Part shown: one piece after another, positions 1 to 9,833 of the stretch
How positions within the stretch are numbered: the first letter of the stretch is position 1
How the letters are laid out: each line of letters begins with the position of its first letter
DNA from: an uncultured Clostridia bacterium
GTDB lineage: Bacteria; Bacillota; Clostridia; Oscillospirales; Acutalibacteraceae
Assembly (NCBI GenBank): GCA_946539105.1
Contig: CAMNHG010000001.1
Coordinates: 1 to 56,537, forward strand
DNA: 56,537 nt
Direction of reading: 5' to 3'
Program-made: the position numbers and the translations under genes
Notes under the pieces: generated by a model
The model's database searches: none
Told to the model about the DNA's origin: nothing
Seen by the model: only the letters and a program-made list of their open reading frames with translations

Positions 1-571
1 TTGAAATAAGGATTGAAAATATCTTATCAATCTTACCTTGAAAAATCCTTAAATCAGGCATTATTTTTTTTCGCTCAAAAATATATCTTAAAGGATAGGT
101 TAAGTGAGCAAGGCTGTCGAAATGCTCAAACGACGCAGTTTCGGCAAGCTCATCAAAATATTCGCTTAAAACCTCGTTTATATCTACCTTATCGAAGTCC
201 ATATAGTAAAAATCATCTCTGCCGCGCAGGTTATGGACTGAAGCAAGAATAAAGTCAAACTCGCCGTAGGCAAGGGCTTTTTTTGTCTGTGATGGATCGT
301 GCATAGGCTCGCCGAGCTCAAGTCCGCGGAGAATTTTGAGTTTGCCTGAGTATTTTTTTATCGCTTCCGCGGTATCTGCAAGAGATTTCGGAATTTGTCT
401 GTCAAAGCTGCCGAATTCGCAGTCTTCGCCGGAATTAATAAATTCCGCTTCACAGTGATCCGTGACAGCGATTATATCAAGATTAGATTTAACAGCCGCT
501 TCACAAATCTGCTCAACAGTACTCTCGGCATCAAAAGAATTATCAGAATGTATATGTAAATCACATAGCAT
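1..571 (-). CDS. PHP-domain protein, histidinol-phosphatase HisJ-like (5' part; runs off window start)
   Basis: Not in the ORF track because it is truncated. Manual translation from ATG at 571 (GGAGG upstream): MLCDLHIHSDNSFDAESTVEQICEAAVKSNLDIIAVTDHCE, with the PHP DxHxHS and TDH motifs. Confidence 0.85.
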   Translation of the reverse strand, partial: MLCDLHIHSDNSFDAESTVEQICEAAVKSNLDIIAVTDHCEAEFINSGEDCEFGSFDRQIPKSLADTAEAIKKYSGKLKILRGLELGEPMHDPSQTKKALAYGEFDFILASVHNLRGRDDFYYMDFDKVDINEVLSEYFDELAETASFEHFDSLAHLTYPLRYIFERKKIMPDLRIFQGKIDKIFSILIS

Positions 572-654
572 AGTACATAAACCTCCAATATGTATTATAG
601 CATAATATACAAAGATTTTCAACATTTAATCTTGCTTTTATATGTTGACAAATT

Positions 655-685
655 GAAAAAACTCCTTTGAAATTACAAAGGAGTT
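655..685 (-). terminator. Intrinsic terminator after ynbB-like gene
   Basis: AACTCCTTTG-aaatta-CAAAGGAGTT hairpin with a T-run on the minus strand. Confidence 0.8.
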
Positions 686-692
686 AAAAATT

Positions 693-1955
693 TCACTTAT
701 TTAAATCTTTTATTACTTTATCCGCGGCAAGCATTACGCCTAATTTGCCCGAATGAAAATTGAGTCCGCCCTGCATCCATACCGCGTATGGCTCACGCAA
801 GGGCGCGTCGGCGGAAAGCTCTATAGATGAGCCGAGCGTGAACGCACCGGCAGCCATAATTACCTGACTTTCATAGCCGGGCATATCTGACGGAACGGGC
901 TGTACAAAGCTGTCCACAGCCGAGCCGCTTTGGATACCTCCGCAAAAGCTGATTAGCTTTTGCTCGTCGCCGAGCATAATAAGTTGGATTATATCTCCCC
1001 TGTCGTCGTTATATTTAGGATTTGTTTCAAACCCGAGAATTTCGAATAACGCAGAAGCAAAAACAGCGGTTTTCAGTGCTTCGCCTGCGGCGTGGGGAGC
1101 GTTATACGCGCCGAGAAAAAGCTCGCGGTTAACGCCTAAGGTCGCGCCGATTTCCTTGCCTGTTCCGGGAGTAGTCAGTCGGTAGGCGCACATCTCGACC
1201 AATTCACTTTTGCCTGCTATGTAGCCGCCTGTCGGGGAAATTCCGCCTCCGGGGTTTTTAATAAGCGAGCCTGCCATAATATCTACTCCAACCGACAAAG
1301 GCTCAACCTTTTCTATAAACTCGCCGTAGCAATTATCGAGCATAATAATTGACTTTGGCGACACGCTTTTTGAGATATCGCAAATCTTTTTAATTTCTCT
1401 CCAGGTCAGGGTCGGGCGCAGGCTGTAGCCCCTTGAACGCTGAATATATACCATTTTCGGCTGTTTTTCGGCAATATCCTTTTTAAGTGCTTCGTAGTCC
1501 GCAGTTCCGTCGGGCAGCAGGTCGGTAATCTCAAAATTAATATTAAAATCCTTAAGCGAGCCGGGATAACCTCCTTCTATGCCAATGGCGGAGCGGATTG
1601 TATCATACGGCATTCCGGTAACGCAGAGCGCGGTATCACCGGGTCTGAGCATTCCGAACAAAGCTACCGTCAAAGCGTGAGTTCCGCTGACAAAGTTGTG
1701 GCGCACAAGCGCGTCCTCAGCGTCGAAAGCGTAAGCGTAAACTCTGTCGAGCGCGTCGCGGCCGAAATCATCATAACCGTAACCTGTAGAAGCGTTAAAG
1801 TAGCTCTCTCTTACTCCGGCATTTTGAAACGCCTTAATCATTTTTATTTGATTATATTCCTGAATTTCGTCAATCTCCTTCAACCTGTCCGCGCAAAGCT
1901 CCATTGCTTTTTCGGACGCGTGAAGGATTTTTTCGTCTATATCAAAAAACTTCAA
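693..1955 (-). CDS. Methionine gamma-lyase family / aluminium-resistance protein (YnbB-like, PLP-dependent)
   Basis: STGYGYDD, VSGTHA, IQRSRGY, DNCYGEF and GSLIKNPGG motifs typical of this family. Confidence 0.88.
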   Translation of the reverse strand: MKFFDIDEKILHASEKAMELCADRLKEIDEIQEYNQIKMIKAFQNAGVRESYFNASTGYGYDDFGRDALDRVYAYAFDAEDALVRHNFVSGTHALTVALFGMLRPGDTALCVTGMPYDTIRSAIGIEGGYPGSLKDFNINFEITDLLPDGTADYEALKKDIAEKQPKMVYIQRSRGYSLRPTLTWREIKKICDISKSVSPKSIIMLDNCYGEFIEKVEPLSVGVDIMAGSLIKNPGGGISPTGGYIAGKSELVEMCAYRLTTPGTGKEIGATLGVNRELFLGAYNAPHAAGEALKTAVFASALFEILGFETNPKYNDDRGDIIQLIMLGDEQKLISFCGGIQSGSAVDSFVQPVPSDMPGYESQVIMAAGAFTLGSSIELSADAPLREPYAVWMQGGLNFHSGKLGVMLAADKVIKDLNK

Positions 1956-1959
1956 ATTC

Positions 1960-2736
1960 TCACCTTACAAAATAGTATTCACGCCAAACGCCGTATTCTT
2001 CAAAACCGAGGTTTTTGTAAAAGTCAACATTGGCGTTTTGAGCTCTGTGTAGATAAACCGCCTTGTTCTCGGCAACGAGTACATTAGTTAAGTATTTAAT
2101 CAACGCGGAACCAAATCCCCTTCTGCGGTAATCGGGATCGCAGGATACCGCACCGATAACCGCACCGTCAGTGCTTTCTGCTACAGTCATTGCGGAAGCC
2201 GCACAGACACCGTTCTCCCTGATACCGACAAGACGCGCCGTGTTATGACGCAGTTTATGATTTACGTCAACATAAAAATCATCAAACGGCGGAGGAGTAA
2301 AGTTTTCATCAGCGGATTTTTCAATCATTTCATATACAGATTTAATATCCGGTTCGTAAAAATCAAGCTCGCTGTCGTTGTCCTCGAACGCTGAACAACG
2401 CACAAGCACCACGCCTGAAAGCGTTTTGCACCCGTTTAGCTCGAGCCTGAACCTGCCGTCACAGATAACCGCCGACGCGCCTGCAACACGCATAAATGAC
2501 GACACCTCGCCGATATCGCTTTGCTTGGTTAAAAATAAAATAAAATTTGATCCGTTACGCGCAATCGCTCCGGTAAAATCTCCGCTGTCATTTTGCAAAA
2601 GCCAGTAATCGACAAATACAAGGTCTGGGCTGTAGCTGTTATAAAGCGAAATTATACGGCAGGCAAACGGATCGGAGCTTGATATGCCGTTTATTGTTTC
2701 TATAAAATTGTCAGCTTCAAGTGCTGAAATAATCAT
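1960..2736 (-). CDS. GNAT family N-acetyltransferase
   Basis: C-terminal acetyl-CoA motif A (PDYRRRGFGS) and FYKNLGF. Confidence 0.8.
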   Translation of the reverse strand: MIISALEADNFIETINGISSSDPFACRIISLYNSYSPDLVFVDYWLLQNDSGDFTGAIARNGSNFILFLTKQSDIGEVSSFMRVAGASAVICDGRFRLELNGCKTLSGVVLVRCSAFEDNDSELDFYEPDIKSVYEMIEKSADENFTPPPFDDFYVDVNHKLRHNTARLVGIRENGVCAASAMTVAESTDGAVIGAVSCDPDYRRRGFGSALIKYLTNVLVAENKAVYLHRAQNANVDFYKNLGFEEYGVWREYYFVR

Positions 2737-2748
2737 TTAATACACCTG

Positions 2749-3771
2749 TTATTCAAAAATTTGAGTGCAGAGGTCTCGAACCAAGGTCAAAATACTTTCG
2801 CAGTCTGCTTTATTTGCGGTGCAGTTGGGAGCGTGCAGGTATCTGCACGCGAGCGAAACCGCCAGGGTGCGAACGCCTCCCCTGCTTTTATGGATTTCTC
2901 CCGAATCGTTACCGCCTGCAACAGCACGCTTGTACTGAGCGTTCACCCCGAGCTTTTCTGCACGGTCAAACGCCAGCTTAACAAGCTCCTTATCATAGAT
3001 AGTGCGCCTGTCCATAACTGAAATAACAGCACCCTGTCCGAGATTGCAAACCTGCTTTGTGCTGTCTATCTCGGGAATATCCGCCGCTGTTGTGGTTTCT
3101 ACAACAATAGCATAATCCGGGTTTACGGTATATGCGGCAACCTTCGCGCCGCGCAAGCCCACTTCCTCCTGAACAACAAAGGTAAAGTAAGCGTCATAAT
3201 CGAGCTCGCTTTTTATCAGCTCAATCAGCACAAGACAGCCGAAACGGTCGTCAATCGCCTTTGAGCTTATTGTATAAGCATTCTCGGTAAATTTCGAGTC
3301 AAAGGTTACGCTGTCGCCGTAATTTACATATTTTTCAGCTTCCTGTCTGCTGTCAGCTCCGATATCAATATACATATCGCTCATTTCTGGGATTGCTTCG
3401 CGCTCTTCTCCCTTGGTCAGGTGAATCGGCTTGATTCCGATTACTCCGAGAACAGAGCTGCCGCCGATATAGACTCGCTTTCCGGGCAGGATTCTGCGGT
3501 CAAGTCCGCCTACCTCGTCAAACTTAAGATAACCGTCGGAGGTTATATCTGTAATCATCAGCCCAACTTCGTCCATATGCGCAGAGAGCATTAACCTTTT
3601 AGGAGCGGTTTTTTTGCCCTTCTTAAAAACTATAATATTGCCGAGATTGTCGATTTTTATATCGTCGGCAAAGTTCTTGATTTCAGATAAAATAATATTC
3701 CTTACGCTGTTCTCATCGCCGGAAACGGAGCGTGCCGAGCATAGCTTTTTGAGCAGTTTATAATCAACCAT
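2749..3771 (-). CDS. M42 family aminopeptidase (TET-like)
   Basis: AHMDE, DDR, QEEVG and YLH metal/catalytic motifs. Start moved to MVDYK, which has a GGAGGT RBS. Confidence 0.88.
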   Translation of the reverse strand: MVDYKLLKKLCSARSVSGDENSVRNIILSEIKNFADDIKIDNLGNIIVFKKGKKTAPKRLMLSAHMDEVGLMITDITSDGYLKFDEVGGLDRRILPGKRVYIGGSSVLGVIGIKPIHLTKGEEREAIPEMSDMYIDIGADSRQEAEKYVNYGDSVTFDSKFTENAYTISSKAIDDRFGCLVLIELIKSELDYDAYFTFVVQEEVGLRGAKVAAYTVNPDYAIVVETTTAADIPEIDSTKQVCNLGQGAVISVMDRRTIYDKELVKLAFDRAEKLGVNAQYKRAVAGGNDSGEIHKSRGGVRTLAVSLACRYLHAPNCTANKADCESILTLVRDLCTQIFE

Positions 3772-4786
3772 TAAAAGCACCTCCGCACATGATATATTCG
3801 TAAATCAACCCGGCTGTCGCCTTGATATCCGACAAGCTTATAACCTCCGCCTGAGTGTGCATATAGCGTTCCGGAATTGAAATCAACGCGGTTTTAACTC
3901 CGCTTTTGCTTACCGAAATATGGTCGGCGTTTGTGCCTGTTGAACCCGAAAGCGGTTCAAGCTGATAAGGAATATTTTTTTCTTTTGCAAGAGCTATGAG
4001 CTTATTTGTCATAGCCTTGTTTAAGACAGGAGAAATACCGATCATCGCGCCTTTATTAAGCTCAACAGACGCGTACTGTCCTGAAATATCAGGTTGATTT
4101 GCAAAGCTGACATCTACGCTTATAGCTTCGTCCGCATCAACAGTGTACGCTCCCGTTACAGCACCTGTTCCGAAGGTTTCTTCCTGAACACTGAGCAAAA
4201 TTACAACCTTATAGTCGCAGTCTTTACCCTTTAGCATATCCGCAAGGTAAATCAGCGCGGCCGCTCCGCATCTGTTATCAAGTGCCGGTGAAGTAATTTT
4301 ATCGCCTATAAGATCCATAGGCTCTGATACAAAGGTCAGCTTATCGCCTATATTTAAATGCTTTTTCAGCTCACTGCCGGGCATTCCGAAATCAACCCAG
4401 GTTTTTGTAATGGGAGTTGCCTTATCCTCGGTTCCGTTTGTCAGGTGCGGAGGCAAACAGCACACAGTACCGCGAAGTCCGTCCTCGGAAACGAGAACGG
4501 TATCTTGCAGAACTCTAACATCAATTCCACCGCATTTATCGACCTTTGCAAAGCCGTCGTCGTTAATGTCGGTGACAATCAGCCCGATTCTGTCAAGGTG
4601 AGCGTCGAGCAGAATTGTTTTATCGGATTGCAGATTTCCTGTTACGGCGTAAAGATTGCCGTTATGATCATATGAAACTTCGGCAATTTCTTTTAAATAA
4701 CCCGCTGCTGTTTCGGCTGCGGTTTCCTCGCTGCCGGAGACACCGTAAGCAGAACACAAATCAAAAATCAGTTGCTTAATATCCAT
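3764..4786 (-). CDS. M42 family aminopeptidase (second paralog)
   Basis: AHLDR, LDNR, QEE and YMH motifs. Confidence 0.85.
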   Translation of the reverse strand: MDIKQLIFDLCSAYGVSGSEETAAETAAGYLKEIAEVSYDHNGNLYAVTGNLQSDKTILLDAHLDRIGLIVTDINDDGFAKVDKCGGIDVRVLQDTVLVSEDGLRGTVCCLPPHLTNGTEDKATPITKTWVDFGMPGSELKKHLNIGDKLTFVSEPMDLIGDKITSPALDNRCGAAALIYLADMLKGKDCDYKVVILLSVQEETFGTGAVTGAYTVDADEAISVDVSFANQPDISGQYASVELNKGAMIGISPVLNKAMTNKLIALAKEKNIPYQLEPLSGSTGTNADHISVSKSGVKTALISIPERYMHTQAEVISLSDIKATAGLIYEYIMCGGAFNG

Positions 4787-4792
4787 AAAAAA

Positions 4793-6184
4793 TTACTTTA
4801 AGCTGTTAACTATTGACTTAAAGTGATTACCTCTTTCTTCAAAATTCTTGTAAAGTCCAAAGCTCGCGCTTGCCGGAGAGAGCGAAACAATATCGCCCTT
4901 TACAGCATATTTCTTTGCCTCGGAAACAGCTTCTTCCATATTTGTAACTCTTATAATCTTAATCGCGTTTTCGTCGTAATTATCGGCATTTTTAACCGCT
5001 TCTTCAATCTTCGAAGCGGTGTCGCCGAGCAAAACGAGAACCTTTACCTTGTTGTTAATTACAGGGCCAAGCGGTTCATACGGAATATGCTTGTCGTAAC
5101 CGCCGGCGATAATTATAATTTTCTCTTTATAGAGCGAAAGCGTGCCTAGCGCGGTTCTTGTGGGGCTGGATGCGATAGAGTCGTTGTAATATTTTACTCC
5201 GTCAAACTCGCGGACAAACTCCGCTCTGTGGGCAACTCCGCCGAAGCTCTGAGCAACGCTCTTGATAGTATCAACACTGACAAGTCCCCATACAGCCGAA
5301 ATTGCCGCAAGGTAATTTTCTACGTTGTGCATACCGGGAATTTTAATATCGGAAATATCCATAATCTCGGTTTTCTTGCCGTAATCGCTGTAAACAACGG
5401 TTGTTCCGTCAAGGTACGCGCCGTTAAAAAGCTCCTCTTTTACGCTGAACTTTGTAAGCTGACCGCGGACATCCTTTGAAAAGCTGTTAGCAATTTCGTT
5501 GTCGAGATTAACCACAGCCTTGCCGAAAGCGTTTTGATGGAGGATAAGATTCTTTTTTGATTCTACATACTCGTCCATATCCTTATGCCAATCGAGATGA
5601 TTCGGCGCGAGGTTTGTGACAACGGCTATATCGGGGCTTTTGCGCATAGTTATGAGCTGGAAGCTCGAAAGCTCGACTACGGCGTAGTCGTCATCGTTTA
5701 CGCTTTCAATCTCAGGCAAAAGCGGCTTGCCGATATTTCCGCCGAGGTGTACGGTTTTGCCCTCTGCCTTTAGCAATTCGGAAATAATTGTAGTTGTGGT
5801 GGTCTTTCCGTCAGAGCCTGTAACCGCGATAATCTTGCACGGACAAAGGTCAAAGAACACCTCCATTTCCGATGTTATTATCTTGCCGTTTTCTTTAAGT
5901 GCCGAAAGCTCCGGCTTGTCGGGTTGAGTACCGGGACTGCGGAAAATGATATCCGCGTCGATATTCTTTAAGTAATCATCGCCCAAAAGTAACTTTGCGC
6001 CGTAGCCCTTTGCCTTAATTCCGTTTTCTCCCAATTTTTCAAGCGGCTGACGGTCGCAGGCGATAACCTCTGCTCCCTTTTCCGCAAACAGCTTGATTAA
6101 CGGCAGGTTACTTGTTCCGATTCCGATAAAAGCAACCTTTTTGCCCTTAACGCTGTTAAAAAATCTATCTGTCTGAGTGCTCAT
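4793..6184 (-). CDS. murD: UDP-N-acetylmuramoyl-L-alanine:D-glutamate ligase
   Basis: TGSDGKTTT, GGNIG, ELSSFQL, NHLDWH and LSPASAS...FEERG motifs. Confidence 0.95.
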   Translation of the reverse strand: MSTQTDRFFNSVKGKKVAFIGIGTSNLPLIKLFAEKGAEVIACDRQPLEKLGENGIKAKGYGAKLLLGDDYLKNIDADIIFRSPGTQPDKPELSALKENGKIITSEMEVFFDLCPCKIIAVTGSDGKTTTTTIISELLKAEGKTVHLGGNIGKPLLPEIESVNDDDYAVVELSSFQLITMRKSPDIAVVTNLAPNHLDWHKDMDEYVESKKNLILHQNAFGKAVVNLDNEIANSFSKDVRGQLTKFSVKEELFNGAYLDGTTVVYSDYGKKTEIMDISDIKIPGMHNVENYLAAISAVWGLVSVDTIKSVAQSFGGVAHRAEFVREFDGVKYYNDSIASSPTRTALGTLSLYKEKIIIIAGGYDKHIPYEPLGPVINNKVKVLVLLGDTASKIEEAVKNADNYDENAIKIIRVTNMEEAVSEAKKYAVKGDIVSLSPASASFGLYKNFEERGNHFKSIVNSLK

Positions 6185-6303
6185 AGATATCCCTCATTTA
6201 CTATTTATTCACATTATAATATTATACAATCTAAATGAGAAAATTTCAACCATAAACAGGATATTGCAATAATATTGAAATATTTTTTATTTAATGTTAA
6301 AAT

Positions 6304-7683
6304 ATGTACGGTGATATTATGCTTTATGATTTTATTTTGGCTGACAAAAAATCAAAAAAGCCGATGTACAGGCAGATATATATATCCGTCAGAAACGCCA
6401 TAGAAAGCGGAAACCTGAAAAAAGACACCAAGCTGCCGTCTGTTCGCAAGCTCAGTGCTGAGCTTAGCGTGTCTAAAACAACGGTTTTGGCGGCTTACGA
6501 TCAGCTTTGCGCTGAGGGTTATATCAAAACAAAACCACAGAGCGGATATTTTGTCGCTGCTGAATTTAAAAATATTCCGAAGCTGCCCGATGAAGCAAAT
6601 TATAATTCTAATTTAGAAAATAAGATTTATAAATATGATTTTTCATCAAAAAGCATTGACGAAAGCATAATTAACCTCACCGAATGGAAAAAGAATATCA
6701 AAGATGTTATAAATCGCAACTATTTATTGACATCTTACGGCAATGTTCAGGGCGAGGACGCGCTCAGGCACGCGCTTCAAAAGTACGCGCTGGGTACGAG
6801 GAGCGTAAACTCGCGAGCGGACAATATTGTTGTAGCCGCCGGAACTCAGGCTATATTATATATTTTATGCTCAATTTTAGGCTGTAATAAAAAAATTGCC
6901 GTAGCTAAGGACAGCTTTGTTCAGTCGGAATTTGTATTCAAGAGCTTTAACTACGATATAAATTATTTTGAAAGTGACAAATACGGTGCCACTGTTGATT
7001 CTCTCGAAAAAATCAACCCCGATATTCTTCTTATAAACCCGAACTTTACCGAGCCTTACGGCGCGAATATGCCTGTTACAAGAAGGCTTGAAATTATTAA
7101 CGGAGCGAAGGCTCGGGGCGCGTTGATTATTGAGGACGATTACAACGGCGAACTCAGGTACAGCACACACCCTATGCCGTGCGTGCAAAACTACGATACC
7201 GAAAATACCGTTTATATAGGCTCGTTCTCAAAGGTGCTTTTGCCGTCGGTAAGAATAAGCTATATGGTGCTTCCGGACAGACTGATGAAAAAGTACAAAG
7301 AGATAAAAGCACTAACCAATCAAACCGCCTCAAAAACCGAACAGCTCGCGCTTGCGGGATATATCAATACCGGTAAAATTGACGTCCACCTCAGAAAGGC
7401 TCGCAGAGTTTACCTTGAAAAGAGCAAAACTGTTATTAAAAGCGTTGAAAAATATTTTAGGGGCTGTTCGATAATTTTTAACGAGACCTCTCTTTACATT
7501 AAAATCAAATTAAATTTTGAAATTGACCGTAAAAAGATTGAAAAAGAATTTGCCGGCAATTCAATCAGCGTTATGCCCTTTAACAACAATGAATTAGGCT
7601 TGAGCTTTTCGGGAATCCCAAACGACAAAATTGACGAAGGAATCCGCCTGATAAGCGAGATTATATACAAAAATAAGCACTGA
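6304..7683 (+). CDS. MocR/GabR-family regulator (GntR HTH + PLP aminotransferase-like domain)
   Basis: LPSVRKLS HTH, IIEDDYNGE and GSFSK (PLP lysine). Confidence 0.9.
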   Translation: MYGDIMLYDFILADKKSKKPMYRQIYISVRNAIESGNLKKDTKLPSVRKLSAELSVSKTTVLAAYDQLCAEGYIKTKPQSGYFVAAEFKNIPKLPDEANYNSNLENKIYKYDFSSKSIDESIINLTEWKKNIKDVINRNYLLTSYGNVQGEDALRHALQKYALGTRSVNSRADNIVVAAGTQAILYILCSILGCNKKIAVAKDSFVQSEFVFKSFNYDINYFESDKYGATVDSLEKINPDILLINPNFTEPYGANMPVTRRLEIINGAKARGALIIEDDYNGELRYSTHPMPCVQNYDTENTVYIGSFSKVLLPSVRISYMVLPDRLMKKYKEIKALTNQTASKTEQLALAGYINTGKIDVHLRKARRVYLEKSKTVIKSVEKYFRGCSIIFNETSLYIKIKLNFEIDRKKIEKEFAGNSISVMPFNNNELGLSFSGIPNDKIDEGIRLISEIIYKNKH

Positions 7684-7709
7684 CATCATTTTTGATGCCG
7701 GTGCTTATT
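7672..7709. terminator. Bidirectional terminator between convergent genes
   Basis: AATAAGCAC-tgacatc...gatgccg-GTGCTTATT inverted repeat. Confidence 0.7.
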
Positions 7710-7716
7710 CTTTATA

Positions 7717-8289
7717 TTACGTGCCGAAAACCATGTCCGCTTCCTTTAATCTGCAATAATTTTTTCCGCCCTCGGCATAAGTTTCAAAAATTCCGCCGAC
7801 GGTTACGGGAGTGCCTACCGACGGATAGTCGTCAGGGAATTTATGCTCGCCTTTCCGGCTGAACTCAATTCCGCTTGAACAGCAGGCTGTAGCATCCTTA
7901 ATGAGGCAGGCGTAGTAGTATGTGCCGGTTTTAATGTCGGTATAAACATCAAAGGTGCCCTGCATTTTGACGGTTTTTCCGATGTACTTTTCGGGTGTGG
8001 AAACCATTGCGGCAACCTCTGAATAAACCATATTGCTGTTAAGTGTGGTTAAATCTACCTCAGCGTCATAATCAAGCTCGGGATATTTGATATTTGCCGC
8101 GGGAGCAACGGTTGCGGGAGCCGTAGCTTTGCCCACGGTTGTCGGCTGAGTTTCAGCCGCGCTTGAAAGGATATCCGCTACCCCCTGTCCGTTTGACTTT
8201 GATGTTTTGTTTTCCGCAGAGTTACCGGAGCAGCCAACCGTTCCAAATGTGATAATAACCGCGAAGATCAAACAAATTAGTTTTTTCAT
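7717..8289 (-). CDS. Lipoprotein with CC motif (TIGR03943/DUF1980 C-terminal-like), last gene of the Zn ABC operon
   Basis: Lipobox TVGC; YIGKTVKMQG...ACCSSGIEF; start overlaps the permease stop. Confidence 0.6.
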   Translation of the reverse strand: MKKLICLIFAVIITFGTVGCSGNSAENKTSKSNGQGVADILSSAAETQPTTVGKATAPATVAPAANIKYPELDYDAEVDLTTLNSNMVYSEVAAMVSTPEKYIGKTVKMQGTFDVYTDIKTGTYYYACLIKDATACCSSGIEFSRKGEHKFPDDYPSVGTPVTVGGIFETYAEGGKNYCRLKEADMVFGT

Positions 8290-9134
8290 CTTACCCTCTC
8301 CCTGATAAACCCAATTAACCAGAATATAAAGAATACTACAATATCAACCGCAACGATTGTTGAGCCGACAGGCGTACCCTTTGGCGTGATGATAGAAATT
8401 ATGATACCGAGTGCCGCGCATATTACAGAAAGACAAGCCGAACAGATTGTTACTGACTTAAAGCTCTTGAATACGCGCATCGCAGAAAGTGCCGGGAAAA
8501 TCACAAGTGCCGAAATAAGCAGCGAGCCTACCAGGTTCATAGCCAACACAATAATTACCGCTATGATAACCGCGATAATCAGGTTATATATGCTGACCCT
8601 TGTTCCGGTCGCTCTTGCGAAATTCTCGTCAAAGGTGACTGAGAAAATTTTGTTATAGAAGAAGATGAACGCAAACACTACGATTACCGAGAGGATTATA
8701 CATACCCAAACCTCAAGCTCGCTAAGTGTAAGAATTGAGGTCGAACCAAACAGTGTGGTACAGACGTCGCCCGAAACATTTGACGAAGTGCTAAACACAT
8801 TCATCAAAAGGTAACCGATTGCAAGTGCTCCTACAGAAATCATCGCGACTGCCGCGTCACCCTTGATTCTCGCGTTGCTGCCTGTCCTCAAAAGCAAAAT
8901 CGCGCTGATAATCGTAACCGGCATAATAATAAGCATATCATTCGTAATTCCGGCTACAGCCGCAACCGCCATTGCGCCGAACGCCACGTGGGAAAGACCG
9001 TCGCCGATGAACGAAAAACGCTTAAGAACAAGAGTTACTCCGAGAAGCGACGAGCAAAGCGCGATTAAAACGCCGACGATTAGTGCGTACCTCACAAAAG
9101 GGTACTGCATATATGCCGCTAACTGTTCAAACAT
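8286..9134 (-). CDS. Zn/Mn ABC transporter permease (ZnuB/AdcB-like)
   Basis: GDGLSHVAFG, TFDENFA and VGSLLISAL motifs; multiple TM segments. Confidence 0.9.
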   Translation of the reverse strand: MFEQLAAYMQYPFVRYALIVGVLIALCSSLLGVTLVLKRFSFIGDGLSHVAFGAMAVAAVAGITNDMLIIMPVTIISAILLLRTGSNARIKGDAAVAMISVGALAIGYLLMNVFSTSSNVSGDVCTTLFGSTSILTLSELEVWVCIILSVIVVFAFIFFYNKIFSVTFDENFARATGTRVSIYNLIIAVIIAVIIVLAMNLVGSLLISALVIFPALSAMRVFKSFKSVTICSACLSVICAALGIIISIITPKGTPVGSTIVAVDIVVFFIFWLIGFIRERVR

Positions 9135-9829
9135 CAGAGCAGCCCCCTTTCCGCGCCGAAACGGCTGTCAAGGTACTGCTGACGGGTTCCGAAGAAAATT
9201 TCGTTGCCGATGTGCAGGATATGAGTTGCGTATTTAAGCGCGGCCTCTATATCGTGAGAAATCATTATTATCGTAATTTTATCCTTTTTATTAAGTCCCT
9301 CAATCAGGCTGTACATATCAGCCGTAACCTTCGGATCGAGCCCTGCCACGGGTTCGTCGAGCAGGAGCATTTTCTGCGTTGCGCATAGTGCGCGTGCCAA
9401 CAGAACCCTCTGCTGCTGACCGCCCGAAAGCTCGCGATAACAGCGGTTTTGCAGATTGTCAATGCCCATACGCTTAATATTTTCAGCCGCGCGTTGCTTT
9501 TCCTGCTTGGTATAAAACGGTCGAAGTCCGCATCTGCCCTGGTTGCCCGAAATTACGATTTCGCGAACGGAAGCCGGAAAGTCCTTTTGGACAACGGTCT
9601 GCTGAGGAAGATAGCCGATTTCGGTCTGCAAAAGTCCGTCGCCTGTTACTACCTTGCCGCTCATAGGTTTTTTAAGCCCCAATACGGTTTTCATAAGCGT
9701 TGATTTTCCCGAGCCGTTCTCTCCGACAATGCATAGATAATCGCCCGAATTTACCTCAAAGCTCAAATTGCTCAATATTTCCTTGCCCTCGTAGCCGAGA
9801 GTAAGGTTTTGACAGCTTAACTGTGCCAT
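9134..9829 (-). CDS. Zn/Mn ABC transporter ATPase (ZnuC/AdcC-like)
   Basis: GENGSGKS, LSGGQQQR, LLLDEP and SHD motifs. Confidence 0.92.
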   Translation of the reverse strand: MAQLSCQNLTLGYEGKEILSNLSFEVNSGDYLCIVGENGSGKSTLMKTVLGLKKPMSGKVVTGDGLLQTEIGYLPQQTVVQKDFPASVREIVISGNQGRCGLRPFYTKQEKQRAAENIKRMGIDNLQNRCYRELSGGQQQRVLLARALCATQKMLLLDEPVAGLDPKVTADMYSLIEGLNKKDKITIIMISHDIEAALKYATHILHIGNEIFFGTRQQYLDSRFGAERGLL

Positions 9830-9833
9830 TTAA

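Noticed and set aside
13-252. 79-aa plus-strand ORF
   Set aside because: Antisense shadow of the truncated PHP-domain gene on the minus strand.
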